Shown: positions 1-9,676 of the stretch, one piece after another
Position numbering within the stretch: position 1 is the stretch's first letter
Layout: each line of letters starts with the position of its first letter
From: Gemmatimonadaceae bacterium
GTDB taxonomy: Bacteria; Gemmatimonadota; Gemmatimonadetes; Gemmatimonadales; Gemmatimonadaceae
Length of the DNA stretch: 64,000 nt
Reading direction: 5' to 3'
Assembly: GCA_045803545.1 (NCBI GenBank)
Contig: JBJMOW010000005.1
Location: 736,001-800,000 of the forward strand
Translations under genes and position numbers: made by a program
Notes under the pieces: generated by a model
What the model was told of the DNA's origin: nothing
Databases searched by the model: none
What the model saw: the letters and a program-made list of their open reading frames with translations, nothing else

Positions 1-151
1 GCGAATGAGCTACGCCAAGTCGATGGCGATAGTTGCCGCCGTCGTGTTTTCAGCTGCAGCGATCATCGCCTGGCTGGGGCGCGAGCGTCACGCGGTTGAG
101 TTCGGCAGCGACGCTTCTTTGCCCGACCCACAACTCGCGCGATCAGGTTGA
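1..151 (+). CDS. 3' end of a membrane transporter, probably MFS (partial, runs off window)
   Basis: Frame from base 2 reads RMSYAKSMAIVAAVVFSAAAIIAWLGRERHAVEFG...* (TGA 149-151). A final hydrophobic helix followed by LGxER is typical of MFS C-termini. Not in the ORF track. Confidence 0.55.
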   Translation, partial: RMSYAKSMAIVAAVVFSAAAIIAWLGRERHAVEFGSDASLPDPQLARSG

Positions 152-1600
152 TTGGATGGCGGCGGTCTGGGCGACCAGACCGTCGAGGAGCGCGCGCACA
201 TGCTCAATACCGGTGCGCGGATTCATCATCGTCACTCGCAGAACTGGGCGGCCCTCCAGAACAGTCGCCGTGATCCAGCCTGTGCCGTTCTTGTTGTAGC
301 GAGGGCGCAGTTCGCGGTTAAGCGCATCGACTCTTTCAGGCTTGCTGCGCAGCTCGCCGCCGCGACCCAGATAGCGGAAGCAGAGAATATTCGACTCCGG
401 CTCGTGCAATGCCTCAAAATCGTTGCGCTCTTTAATCTCGTCATAGAGCAGTCTCGCCGTCTTGCACAGATGATCGTGCAGCTGCCCGAGTCCGCTCGAC
501 CCAAATCGTTGAATCACTGCCCACAGCTTGAGGACATCGGCGCGGCGGGAGCACTGAAAGCTACGGATGCCCTGGTCGATCACCCGCGTCGACTTGCGAT
601 CGTGAAACAGGTATGGAGCCTGCTGCGCAAACGCGCGCTCGAGATCCGCTTCGTTGCGCGTGAGGACCATTCCCGCCGCCAGGGGGAGGAGCATCATCTT
701 GTGCGGATCCCAGGCGAGCGAACGCGTGTGTCGCAGACCGTTCAACGCGCGAGGCGGATGCGCGGACAACAGTGCGCTGGCGCCGTGCGCGCCATCCACG
801 TGGAACCAAATTCCCAGCTCGTCGCACATAGCGCCGACGCTCTCGAGATCGTCGAACGATCCGGTCGCCGTCGTCCCCGCCGTCGCGACCACCGCCATAA
901 CGCCCTTCCCTTCCGCGCGCAGACGTTCCAGCGTCGAGCGCAGCAAGTCGATGTCGACTTTGTAATTGCGCGAAGCGACCGGAATGCCATGCTTGCGTCC
1001 GAGTCCGAGCTGGCCAATCGCGCGAGTAACAGCGTAATGCGCGTGCTCACCATAGACCACCACCGGCGGGTCGGCGCCCACTCCTTCTTCCCACGCATTC
1101 GGCAGCGCCGAATTGCGCGCGGCGAGCAGCGCGGTGAAGTTCGCTTCAGTTCCACCGGAAGTCATCGTTCCGCCGGAGCCAGCTTCATAACCGGCGAGCC
1201 TGGACAGCCAGGCGACAATCTGGTGCTCGATCATGCTCGCCGTTGGCGACATCTCCCAGACTGCGAGCGACTGATTTAGCGCGCCGATGATGCTCTCCAT
1301 CCAGATGCCGATCGGAAGCGGCGCTGACGTTTGATGCCCCATGTACATCGGGTGGTAGTACTTGTTCGCGTCGGCGATCACCTGCTTTTCCAGACGTTCG
1401 ATGATCTCGCCGATCGACTTGCCGTCGCGCGGAAAATCCTCGTCGAATCGCGCCGCAATTTCCCCGCTATCGAACGGGGTTGAAACCTGGCCGGCGCCCG
1501 TACCCGTCGATGCGAAATACCGCGCCGTCAACGCGGCGAACTGTTGTCCTGTTTCAAGGGAGGTGTCGGCTTCCAGCTCGGCAAGAATGTCCTCTATCAT
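143..1600 (-). CDS. Group II PLP-dependent amino acid decarboxylase (DAB/aromatic/glutamate decarboxylase family)
   Basis: HPMYMGHQ, SGGTEAN, HYAV, ATAGTT, WFHVDGAHG and the PLP-lysine motif WDPHK. Confidence 0.9.
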   Translation of the reverse strand: MIEDILAELEADTSLETGQQFAALTARYFASTGTGAGQVSTPFDSGEIAARFDEDFPRDGKSIGEIIERLEKQVIADANKYYHPMYMGHQTSAPLPIGIWMESIIGALNQSLAVWEMSPTASMIEHQIVAWLSRLAGYEAGSGGTMTSGGTEANFTALLAARNSALPNAWEEGVGADPPVVVYGEHAHYAVTRAIGQLGLGRKHGIPVASRNYKVDIDLLRSTLERLRAEGKGVMAVVATAGTTATGSFDDLESVGAMCDELGIWFHVDGAHGASALLSAHPPRALNGLRHTRSLAWDPHKMMLLPLAAGMVLTRNEADLERAFAQQAPYLFHDRKSTRVIDQGIRSFQCSRRADVLKLWAVIQRFGSSGLGQLHDHLCKTARLLYDEIKERNDFEALHEPESNILCFRYLGRGGELRSKPERVDALNRELRPRYNKNGTGWITATVLEGRPVLRVTMMNPRTGIEHVRALLDGLVAQTAAIQST

Positions 1601-1629
1601 GCGGCAAATTTACTCGATGCCGCCGGACT

Positions 1630-4600
1630 TCAGCCGTCCAGCAATCCGTTTTGCCTGACGAAATCGGCGAGCTCGCCGCGCGAGGTCACACTCAGTTTCG
1701 TAAAAATGTTCGAAAGGTGGGTGCTGACCGTCCGCGAAGAGATTTGAAGCGCTCCGCCGATTTCCTTGTTGGACTTCCGTGTTGCAACCATTCGCGCGAT
1801 TTCCATCTCACGCCCCGTCAGTCCCCCAGCACCGGCTGTGACCGTCTTCGGCGGGGGCCGCACGCCGCGTTCGCGCATTTCCTCCCGCGTCCCCGTCAAT
1901 TCGTCGGCGGCACCGAGCTTGGCGAGGACGTCATGCGCTCTCTTCAGCTCGCGCCTGCCCTCTTCCGGCTGGCCGATCTCGAGTAACGCACCGGCGAGCC
2001 GACGTCGAATCCGCGCGGCCTGCGGAGGGAACGGAATCGCTTCGAGCTGCTCGGCGCCCGATCGTAACAGGGGAATCGCGCGATGCGGGTCTCCATCCCT
2101 GAACCAGGCCAGCAATCCGTCACATGCATCCGCCTGCGCGAGACCAAGTCGGTGTCCCAGTCGCTCGGCGTCGACACGCATCCTCGTGCAATGGCGTGCG
2201 GCACGGTCAAAATCGCGCGCAACCAGCGCCGCCTCGCCCACAACGGGCAACAGCCACTGCAGGGACCAGACGATATAGCCGGAGCTGTCGGCGATCTCCA
2301 ATCCCGCTTCGCCGATTCGGACCGCTTCCGCGGGATCCCCAGTCGCGAGATGGTACGCGGCGAGACCGTGATGCGCCGGAACGATCGAAGGAATATCGAG
2401 GGGGCGGGCATCGGCACCGTTGAGCGAGCCCGTTTTTTCGCCGCCCGCCAGCTTCCAGCCGAGATCGAAATACTCTTTCGCCTTCTCGGTCGCGCCGCGC
2501 CACAGGTAAATGAGGCCGGTCCAGACGTACAACCGTGGCAGTAGCACGCGCTGATTGAGGGCCTTGGCAGCGGCAATCGTACGCTCGCCGAGCGAGAGTG
2601 CGGTGTCCCACTCACCAATTCCCATTCGGTACTGCACTGCCACTTCACCTGACCAGAGTGGTAACAGGGGCGACTGCATTTCATCCGCGAGGCGATCGCT
2701 CTCTGCGATGTGTTCGGCGACGCGTGGCGCATCGCCTGATACTCCGGCGAGCAATGCCAGCCCCCAATGCGCCGTCCACTCGAGCATTCGCTGCCCAGCC
2801 GCCTGGCCGTGCGCAAGAGCCCGAGAGCCGTGCTCCGCAGCGAGAGCGAGGGGGCCCGTCCAGGCGTACATCAAGAGCAGCGCGCGATGCGCTCGCGATA
2901 ATAGCGCGTCGTTCTGAACACCACCCGCAGCCGCAGACGCGAGCGCGGCTTCCACTTCGTTCTGCGCCTGTTGAAGCTTGCCCAGATCCTGTAATGCGAT
3001 GCCCTTGGCCAGCCGCAATCGGACGACCGTCTCGGGGGAAGCAGCGTCGGCTGCTGCCTGACCAGTCTGATAATGGGATAACGCGTCGGCGAAGCGTCCG
3101 CTCCAGTAGCAAGCGAGCCCCATTCTGTAATGGATGTCGGCGAGCGCACCACGCTCACCGCGCTGTACGGCCGCGACACGCGCGCGTTCCCAGAGCTCGA
3201 TTGCCGCGTCATACTCTCCGATTCGCTGCCGCGTGCGCGCGAGGGTGGTGAGAATCTCGTCGCGCAGACCGTCCTGGATGGAGCCATCGCCGTCGAGCGT
3301 CTCGAGTGCGATCGCCAGATAGTTTGCGGCCTCGCGATTCGCGTATTTGTCGAGCGCGGCACGACCGGCTGCGTGGCAATACAAAACTGTTTTGCGCGCG
3401 AGCTCTGGCGAATGCGCGCGCGCAAAGTGCAGCGCGAGCTCGTCGGCGTGAGCCAACGCCCCGGCGCCATAAAGGCTTTCGAGGCTATCGCCAACTGTAG
3501 CGTGCAACAGACGCGCGCGGGCCTGTCCGAGATCGGCGTAAATCACCTGCTGTAGCAGCGGATGGGTGAAGTCGTACCGAATAGCGTCGACCGTTCCCGT
3601 CTCCTCGAGAATTCGCCGGCCCAATAGCTCGTCGAGCGCGGCGATTGTGTCCTTCTCAGTCAAACCGGAGACCTTAAGCAGCGTTTCGTATGGTGCGCGC
3701 GTTCCGACAACGGCGGCGAGGTTCGCGAGCGTCCGCGCGTGAAGCGACAGTCTTTCGACTCTATCCTTTAGCACGTCCCGGATGCTGGTCGGCAATTGCA
3801 GTCTGTCTATATCCCAGCCCTTCCAACGAGAATCGACCCGAGAGAGGGCGTGCGATTCGACGAGCGCTTTCAGGGTTTCCTCGATGAAGAACGGATTGCC
3901 GCGGGTCCATCCGTAGAGGAGCGAAGTGAAATGGCCGGTGGTTCCCTTCTCCGCGCCGAACATCTGATGCACCAGCTCTTCGACGTCAGCATGTGACAAC
4001 GGCGTGAGCTTGTGAACGGTCAACCCGCCGAGTCGAGCAAGAGACTGCTCGGTGTTCCGAAGCACGGGATTGGTGTCGCGATCGCTGTCGTTGTATGTGC
4101 AGAGGAGAAAAAGCTTTTGTGATTCGATCTGCCGCGCGACGAAGTGCAGCAGCTCGAGCGAGGAGGCGTCGGCCCACTGCAGATTCTCGAGCAAAATGAA
4201 CAGCGGTTGCTTGGTCGCCAGACGCCCAAGGAACTGTGTGAAGTTCCACAGCAAGCGTGCCTTGATCTCGGCCGGATCAGCGCCTGTTGATTGCCGCGCT
4301 CTTTCCGGTGGAGCGGGCAGATTGGGGAACATCTGCGCGAACTCCGCTGCTCCGCCTCTGGTAAGTACCGACAGCTGCGAGGGATCCATCGCGCGTAAGA
4401 CAGGTCCCAGAGCATCCGAGAACACAGCGTAAGGCACGCCCGTCTCTACCGGGTAGGCACGGCCGTTCACAACCGTCCACCCCTTTTTTCCGGCGCGCTC
4501 GGCGAGTGCGGCGGCCAGGCGCGTTTTGCCGATCCCGCCCTCGCCGACGACAAAGACCGTGCGGCCTGCGCCTTTTGCCGCCTCATCGAGGGACTTCGAC

Positions 4601-4659
4601 AGGACTGCGAGATCCGCGGCCCGCCCGATCAGTGGCGTTTCCTCAGCCCTTAGCATCAA
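1630..4659 (-). CDS. Large ATP-binding LuxR-family regulator (STAND-type ATPase + TPR-like + LuxR HTH)
   Basis: N-terminal LIGR, Walker A GEGGIGKT, LENLQWAD, GNPFF, long helical middle region, C-terminal LTGREMEIA...SNKEIG..L.IS.RTV.THLSNIF.KL. Start is TTG 4659 or ATG 4656. Confidence 0.88.
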   Translation of the reverse strand: MMLRAEETPLIGRAADLAVLSKSLDEAAKGAGRTVFVVGEGGIGKTRLAAALAERAGKKGWTVVNGRAYPVETGVPYAVFSDALGPVLRAMDPSQLSVLTRGGAAEFAQMFPNLPAPPERARQSTGADPAEIKARLLWNFTQFLGRLATKQPLFILLENLQWADASSLELLHFVARQIESQKLFLLCTYNDSDRDTNPVLRNTEQSLARLGGLTVHKLTPLSHADVEELVHQMFGAEKGTTGHFTSLLYGWTRGNPFFIEETLKALVESHALSRVDSRWKGWDIDRLQLPTSIRDVLKDRVERLSLHARTLANLAAVVGTRAPYETLLKVSGLTEKDTIAALDELLGRRILEETGTVDAIRYDFTHPLLQQVIYADLGQARARLLHATVGDSLESLYGAGALAHADELALHFARAHSPELARKTVLYCHAAGRAALDKYANREAANYLAIALETLDGDGSIQDGLRDEILTTLARTRQRIGEYDAAIELWERARVAAVQRGERGALADIHYRMGLACYWSGRFADALSHYQTGQAAADAASPETVVRLRLAKGIALQDLGKLQQAQNEVEAALASAAAGGVQNDALLSRAHRALLLMYAWTGPLALAAEHGSRALAHGQAAGQRMLEWTAHWGLALLAGVSGDAPRVAEHIAESDRLADEMQSPLLPLWSGEVAVQYRMGIGEWDTALSLGERTIAAAKALNQRVLLPRLYVWTGLIYLWRGATEKAKEYFDLGWKLAGGEKTGSLNGADARPLDIPSIVPAHHGLAAYHLATGDPAEAVRIGEAGLEIADSSGYIVWSLQWLLPVVGEAALVARDFDRAARHCTRMRVDAERLGHRLGLAQADACDGLLAWFRDGDPHRAIPLLRSGAEQLEAIPFPPQAARIRRRLAGALLEIGQPEEGRRELKRAHDVLAKLGAADELTGTREEMRERGVRPPPKTVTAGAGGLTGREMEIARMVATRKSNKEIGGALQISSRTVSTHLSNIFTKLSVTSRGELADFVRQNGLLDG

Positions 4660-4699
4660 GGGCTAATGTAAGAACGTCAGTTTTCGGGAGCTAGCTAAT

Positions 4700-7051
4700 T
4701 CAGCGCGAGGTCTCTTCCACGGGGCCGATCGTGATGTTCCGCCATTCACGGGTCCACTGTCTGAGACGCGATTCACGCCCTTCGCGGCCCAGGCCCACGA
4801 TGAAGCGGACCTTCATCGGAGACTCGAGCATCCGATTGAAGACAGCACGCCCCTTTCCGCTGAAGGATGTGCCGGGCACCTCGAAATTCACCAGGCGGCC
4901 CGGCATCACCGGCACCTCCATCAACAACCGCGCCCCGCTCGCGCTGACGTCCTCCAGCAGCGCGAGGCCGTCGACGCGTAGCTCGTCCCCATCTTCCTCG
5001 ACAGATACGCGTGCGGGCAACTGCACCGTATATCGACGCTCACTGCGAATGTTGGCGAGCATCTCCACCGCTTTGCCGAACAGGTTCAACGACTGGCGAT
5101 ACTTCATGCGCCACATCGGCACCGAGTGATGTGCGCAGTGGAGCTCGATCGCATCGCGCGTTTCCATCGGCAATTCGTCGAAGCGGACTCCGTGCGTGTA
5201 GATGGTGTTGTTGCCGGTGCGCCCCGTCTGCATGTGAGTGACTTCGCCACTCACGGGAAATACGCCTGACGCCACAGGAAGATCGATGTTCACCCTGCTC
5301 CCCAGCGGCAGCTGAAACGCGGAGCGGAACGCCAGACCTGACGGGTTGAGATCTTGAGTCAGCGCCAGGAGGTCGCGATAGTCGCGGCCCTCGGCGTCCG
5401 TTGCATTGACGGTGATTGGGAAAGCATCGATGAATCGGTGATCCACGCGTTGCTGCCTCGACGCGCGGCTGTGAAACACGACATAACCCGCGAAGTAGAT
5501 GTTCCACGCAATCCAGAACCCGTTGAGCCAGAACGCGAGGGATGACCAGCCTGGCGCGTGGTAATTGACCCAGCCCGCCTTGTAAGCAACCGTCGCCCAG
5601 ACCAGGGACAGAACGGAGACGACCAGCAGCACGAGCTGCGGCGCGTAGGTCTCGAAAGGCACATCGTTCGCGCCCTTCGGCGTCACGTTGAACTTCAGTT
5701 TTTTCTGAGTGAAGAAGCCGCGATACGTTTTTATGTAGGTCCAGAATTTCGCCATGTTGTAGCGCTCGGAGATGAGAATCCATCCCGTCCCGCGCGACAA
5801 CAGCTCGAAGGAAATCACAGTCAAAATGACGTAAGGGACTAGTCGTGTGACCAGCTGCGCGTTCGTCACGTTGACCGGCAGCCAGCCAAAGACAAAAAAC
5901 ACGACCGGCGACAGATAGAAAACGAGTTTCTGTATGCCGTCGAGATAGGTTGCCGTCGAGCTCAAATAAGCGAGCCGCTGCGGTAAGGTGAGTCCCGGAT
6001 ATGTGAGCGGATTCAGCTTGCGCAGAATCTGCATTGAGCCCTGACCCCAGCGCAGACGCTGTACGTGATACGCGAACGCCGAGGATGGAGCGAGTCCGTA
6101 CGCGAGCGTCTCGCCGTGATAAACCGACTTCCATCCGCGACCGTGGAGAATGATCGACGTCTCCATGTCTTCGGTTATCGTCTTCGTCGAAAACCCGCCG
6201 ATCTCGTCAAACGCTGTCCTGCGCAGTACTCCGCAGCTGCCACAGAAGAATGCCGCATTCCAGTGATCCTTCCCCGGCTGGAGCAGCGAGAAGAAGATTC
6301 GATTCTCTTCCCACAGGCTACGCCCCTCTTCGTTCACGACATGGGTGAATGAATCGGTGTTGTAGAAGTCCTGTGGCGATTGGACGAACGCAACTTCGGG
6401 ATCGTTGAAGTATCCGAGCAAGCGGTCGAGGATGTTCGGCAGCGGAACGTGATCGGCGTCGAGCTGCAGGATGAACTCACCCTGCGTAATGCGCAGCGCG
6501 TTATTCAGATTCCCCGCCTTCGCGTTCTGGTTGCCTTCGCGTCGGATGTAGCCGATGCCCAGCGCTTCGGCCATCGCCTTGACCTCGTCGCGCTTTCCGT
6601 CGTCGAGCATCCACGTCCGATGCGGATACTTGATCGCCCGGGCGCCGATCGCGGTACGGCGTAACACTTCGAGCGGCTCGTCGAAATTTGTGATGAAGAC
6701 ATCGACGCCCAGACCCTTGGGAGCGGGCGGCGCCGTTCGGTATTTGAGGCGCCACACCGTGGCGATCAGGAAGAATGAGTTGATCAACCCGTACGTCTCG
6801 GCGATCACGAGGACAACCGAGAAAATCATTGCGTGGGGATTCAGCGACCAACCCCACCGCCAGATTATCCAATACAGGCCATAAAGCCACGCAATTGCCG
6901 CAAACGCGCGTGTAAAGATTTCCTGTCCACGCGGCAACTGGGGGATTGCATCGTGAAATGCGTTTTCGGGGATTTCTACATCAGAGTCCAGTCCCGGAGG
7001 CGACTGCGCGCTCTCTACGGACACAGGCTCAATAACGACGTTGCTTGGCAT
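4700..7051 (-). CDS. bcsA: Cellulose-synthase-like processive GT2 with two C-terminal PilZ domains
   Basis: DDG, AKAGNLN, DADH, FFCGS, TED and QRLRW motifs with multiple TM helices. PilZ signatures RVDHR...DLNPSG and RSERR...DVSASG. Start uncertain (ATG 7051 or 7081; the ORF-track start 7144 overlaps the divergent gene). Confidence 0.85.
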   Translation of the reverse strand: MPSNVVIEPVSVESAQSPPGLDSDVEIPENAFHDAIPQLPRGQEIFTRAFAAIAWLYGLYWIIWRWGWSLNPHAMIFSVVLVIAETYGLINSFFLIATVWRLKYRTAPPAPKGLGVDVFITNFDEPLEVLRRTAIGARAIKYPHRTWMLDDGKRDEVKAMAEALGIGYIRREGNQNAKAGNLNNALRITQGEFILQLDADHVPLPNILDRLLGYFNDPEVAFVQSPQDFYNTDSFTHVVNEEGRSLWEENRIFFSLLQPGKDHWNAAFFCGSCGVLRRTAFDEIGGFSTKTITEDMETSIILHGRGWKSVYHGETLAYGLAPSSAFAYHVQRLRWGQGSMQILRKLNPLTYPGLTLPQRLAYLSSTATYLDGIQKLVFYLSPVVFFVFGWLPVNVTNAQLVTRLVPYVILTVISFELLSRGTGWILISERYNMAKFWTYIKTYRGFFTQKKLKFNVTPKGANDVPFETYAPQLVLLVVSVLSLVWATVAYKAGWVNYHAPGWSSLAFWLNGFWIAWNIYFAGYVVFHSRASRQQRVDHRFIDAFPITVNATDAEGRDYRDLLALTQDLNPSGLAFRSAFQLPLGSRVNIDLPVASGVFPVSGEVTHMQTGRTGNNTIYTHGVRFDELPMETRDAIELHCAHHSVPMWRMKYRQSLNLFGKAVEMLANIRSERRYTVQLPARVSVEEDGDELRVDGLALLEDVSASGARLLMEVPVMPGRLVNFEVPGTSFSGKGRAVFNRMLESPMKVRFIVGLGREGRESRLRQWTREWRNITIGPVEETSR

Positions 7052-7142
7052 GCTCGACCACAACAGTAGCGCGAGATCCATGCCGCCAGAGAGATTTGCG
7101 TATAATGGCGTAAGTGGTTCAGTCGTTGCGAGTTGAGCGCAC

Positions 7143-8456
7143 ATGAAGACACTCGATCTGCGTCCTCACTTGCACACGCTGGACGGCTCCAACCGCGATT
7201 ACCAGCCACTGCTCGACCTCGTTGGAGATGCCCAGCTCGTTCTGTTGGGCGAGGCATCCCATGGCACCCACGACTTTTACTACCAACGAGCCGAGATCAC
7301 CAAGCGGTTGATAAGCGAAAAGGGATTCTCGGCGGTCGCGGTCGAGGCCGATTGGCCGGATGCCTACCGTGTAAACCGTTATGTCCAAGGCGACCGCCAG
7401 GACCCTGACGCCGACTCCGCGCTCAAGGGCTTCGAGCGGTTTCCGACGTGGATGTGGCGGAATACGGTCGTTCTGAATTTCGTCGAATGGTTGCGCGAGC
7501 TGAACTCAAGCCGCGATGAGAACAACCGCGCCGGGTTCTACGGGCTCGACCTCTACAGCTTGTTCAACTCCATGGAGGCGGTAATCAACTATCTGGACCG
7601 GGTTGATCCCGACGCTGGGCGCCGGGCCCGCTATCGCTATTCCTGCTTCGAGCATTTCGGAGAAGACAGTCAGGCCTACGGCTACGTGGCCAGCTTCGAC
7701 CTCGATCGATCCTGCGAAGACGAAGCGATCAATCAGCTGCTCGACATGCGGCGGCGTTCAATGGATTACCTCGGCGCATCAAGGCGCGAAGATTTCTTTG
7801 ACGCCGAGCAGAACGCTCGCCTGGTCAAGAACGCGGAGGAATACTACCGGTCGATGTTCCGCGGACGTCAGTCGTCGTGGAATCTGCGTGATACGCACAT
7901 GGTGGAAACCGCGGAGGCGCTGATGTCATACCTCCAACGCCACCAGCGTCAGCCGAAGATGGTGCTATGGGCACACAACTCACACCTTGGCGATGCGCGG
8001 TACACGGAGATGGGCGCGCGCGGAGAGCTCAACGTCGGGCAGTTGATACGTCAGAAGTACGGCGACGCCGCGGTGTTGGTTGGATTTACGACATACGCGG
8101 GAACGGTGACGGCGGCGAACGACTGGGACGAGCCGGGAGAGCGAAAGCGCGTGCGAGCTGCTATCGCTGACAGTTACGAGCTCGAATTTCACGAGACCCA
8201 GATTCCGCGCTTCTTTCTGCCGCTCCGTAACGCCTCGCTCGGATCGGCGCTGCTGAAGAAACAGCGTCTCGAGCGCGCGATTGGTGTGATTTACCGGCCC
8301 CAGACTGAGCGCATCAGTCACTACTTTCGCGCGGATCTGCCGCGTCAGTTCGACGCTGTTTTTCATTTTGACGAGACCAGCGCGCTTCAGCCGCTGGAGA
8401 TTCCGGAACGCTGGCACGACGTCGAACCGCCCGAGACATTTCCCTCCGGTCTCTGA
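7143..8456 (+). CDS. Erythromycin esterase family protein
   Basis: LLGEASHG, VAVEADWPD, FYGLD, WNLRDTHM, WAHNSHLG and RAIGVIYRP motifs. TATAAT at 7101-7106 upstream. Confidence 0.88.
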   Translation: MKTLDLRPHLHTLDGSNRDYQPLLDLVGDAQLVLLGEASHGTHDFYYQRAEITKRLISEKGFSAVAVEADWPDAYRVNRYVQGDRQDPDADSALKGFERFPTWMWRNTVVLNFVEWLRELNSSRDENNRAGFYGLDLYSLFNSMEAVINYLDRVDPDAGRRARYRYSCFEHFGEDSQAYGYVASFDLDRSCEDEAINQLLDMRRRSMDYLGASRREDFFDAEQNARLVKNAEEYYRSMFRGRQSSWNLRDTHMVETAEALMSYLQRHQRQPKMVLWAHNSHLGDARYTEMGARGELNVGQLIRQKYGDAAVLVGFTTYAGTVTAANDWDEPGERKRVRAAIADSYELEFHETQIPRFFLPLRNASLGSALLKKQRLERAIGVIYRPQTERISHYFRADLPRQFDAVFHFDETSALQPLEIPERWHDVEPPETFPSGL

Positions 8457-8463
8457 GGGGCGT

Positions 8464-9555
8464 TTACTTACCGCGTTTGACCCGTTTGCCCGCGGGCTTC
8501 CGTGCAGATTTGGTTGCCGCCTTACCAACCGGCTTTCCCGACAGATCCAGCATTTTCTTCTCGCCCAGATAATCGATCGACGGAGTATCTACGACATTCC
8601 GCAGGCGTTGCACCGTCGACGAAATCCGCCTCGACGCATCCAGAATGTCTTTTGCCAGCTCCGGTATCTCCTCTGGCGCGGCATCGCTGGCGAGAAGCTC
8701 GGCGTTCATCGTGAGGACGGTGAGCACATTGTTCATCTCGTGCGCCACTGCAATGGTCGCCTCTGTGATTCCGGCACGCCGCTCCTTGTTGGCCCGCTCA
8801 TCTTCCATCTGCCGCTGCAGTGTGATGTCCTGCACCTGGGTGATGAAGTAAATCGGGTTTCCGTCGCTGTCGTGAACAGCTGCCACCGCAATCGACACCC
8901 AGATCTGCCTGCCGTCGCCCCGAACGTAGCGCTTGATGCGGTTGTAGCTGGCGATTTCCCGCGCGGTGAGTCGCCGCAGCTGATCGAGATCGATGGTGAG
9001 GTCATCGGGGTGAGTGATGTCACCAAACCTGCGCTTGAGCAATTCCGCTTCGGAATAGCCAAGCATCTCGCACAAGGCATGGTTCACTTTGGTGAATTGA
9101 CCCTGTGGATTCACGAAGCACATACCGAGGGGGGACATCTTGAACGCGCTCGCAAACAACTGCTCGCTCTCGCGTAACGCGCGTTCTGCTTCGGTACGCC
9201 GCGCAACGTCACGAATAAGTCCGAGTCGGGCTGGCTGACCATCGAACATGATCGGCGCGGTTACTATCTCCGCCACGATCGCATCGCCTCTTCTGGAACG
9301 GAACTTCACCTCGATTGGCGTTCCCGTGCCGCCCGTTCCAAACAGCTCGTGGATTCTTTGGCTGACAGCGGGAATCGAATCGGGATGCACAAACGACATT
9401 ATCGGCTTCCCAATCAGGTCATTGGGCTCTGCACCGAGCCGATGCGCTGCAAACGGGTTCAGATAGAGAAACTTTTCAGCAGTGTACACGATGATCGCAT
9501 CGGGAGCCGATTCGACGATCGTTCGAAATTCATTGTTCGAGTCAGAGGAGCTCAT
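8464..9555 (-). CDS. Tandem-PAS protein with a HisKA-type H-box, no HATPase domain, and a basic C-terminal tail
   Basis: Two PAS/PAC repeats (FVHPD; ITHPDD...QVQDIT), then AVAHEMNNVLTVL. The protein ends ~80 aa later with no N/G1/F/G2 boxes. ATG 9555 lies 8 nt after a TAGATT -10-like hexamer. Confidence 0.8.
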   Translation of the reverse strand: MSSSDSNNEFRTIVESAPDAIIVYTAEKFLYLNPFAAHRLGAEPNDLIGKPIMSFVHPDSIPAVSQRIHELFGTGGTGTPIEVKFRSRRGDAIVAEIVTAPIMFDGQPARLGLIRDVARRTEAERALRESEQLFASAFKMSPLGMCFVNPQGQFTKVNHALCEMLGYSEAELLKRRFGDITHPDDLTIDLDQLRRLTAREIASYNRIKRYVRGDGRQIWVSIAVAAVHDSDGNPIYFITQVQDITLQRQMEDERANKERRAGITEATIAVAHEMNNVLTVLTMNAELLASDAAPEEIPELAKDILDASRRISSTVQRLRNVVDTPSIDYLGEKKMLDLSGKPVGKAATKSARKPAGKRVKRGK

Positions 9556-9676
9556 TGTTGGCCAATCTATTCGTTGTCCGAAAAACATCCTAAGAGTTTA
9601 GCCCGGCCTGCGGAATTGCCCGGCGATCGCCTATCTTGTCTTTGAGACCTGCGACAGAGTCGACCTCGGAGTCCCA

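Noticed and set aside
152..1279. 375-aa plus-strand ORF
   Set aside because: Antisense shadow of the decarboxylase with no motifs. Such ORFs are expected in high-GC DNA.
5040..6134. 364-aa alternative-frame ORF inside the GT2 gene
   Set aside because: Arg/Ala-rich off-frame translation with no domain signature.
7143..8456. Macrolide resistance gene (ereA/ereB)
   Set aside because: Family membership only. Chromosomal homologues of this type are widespread and there is no mobile context.
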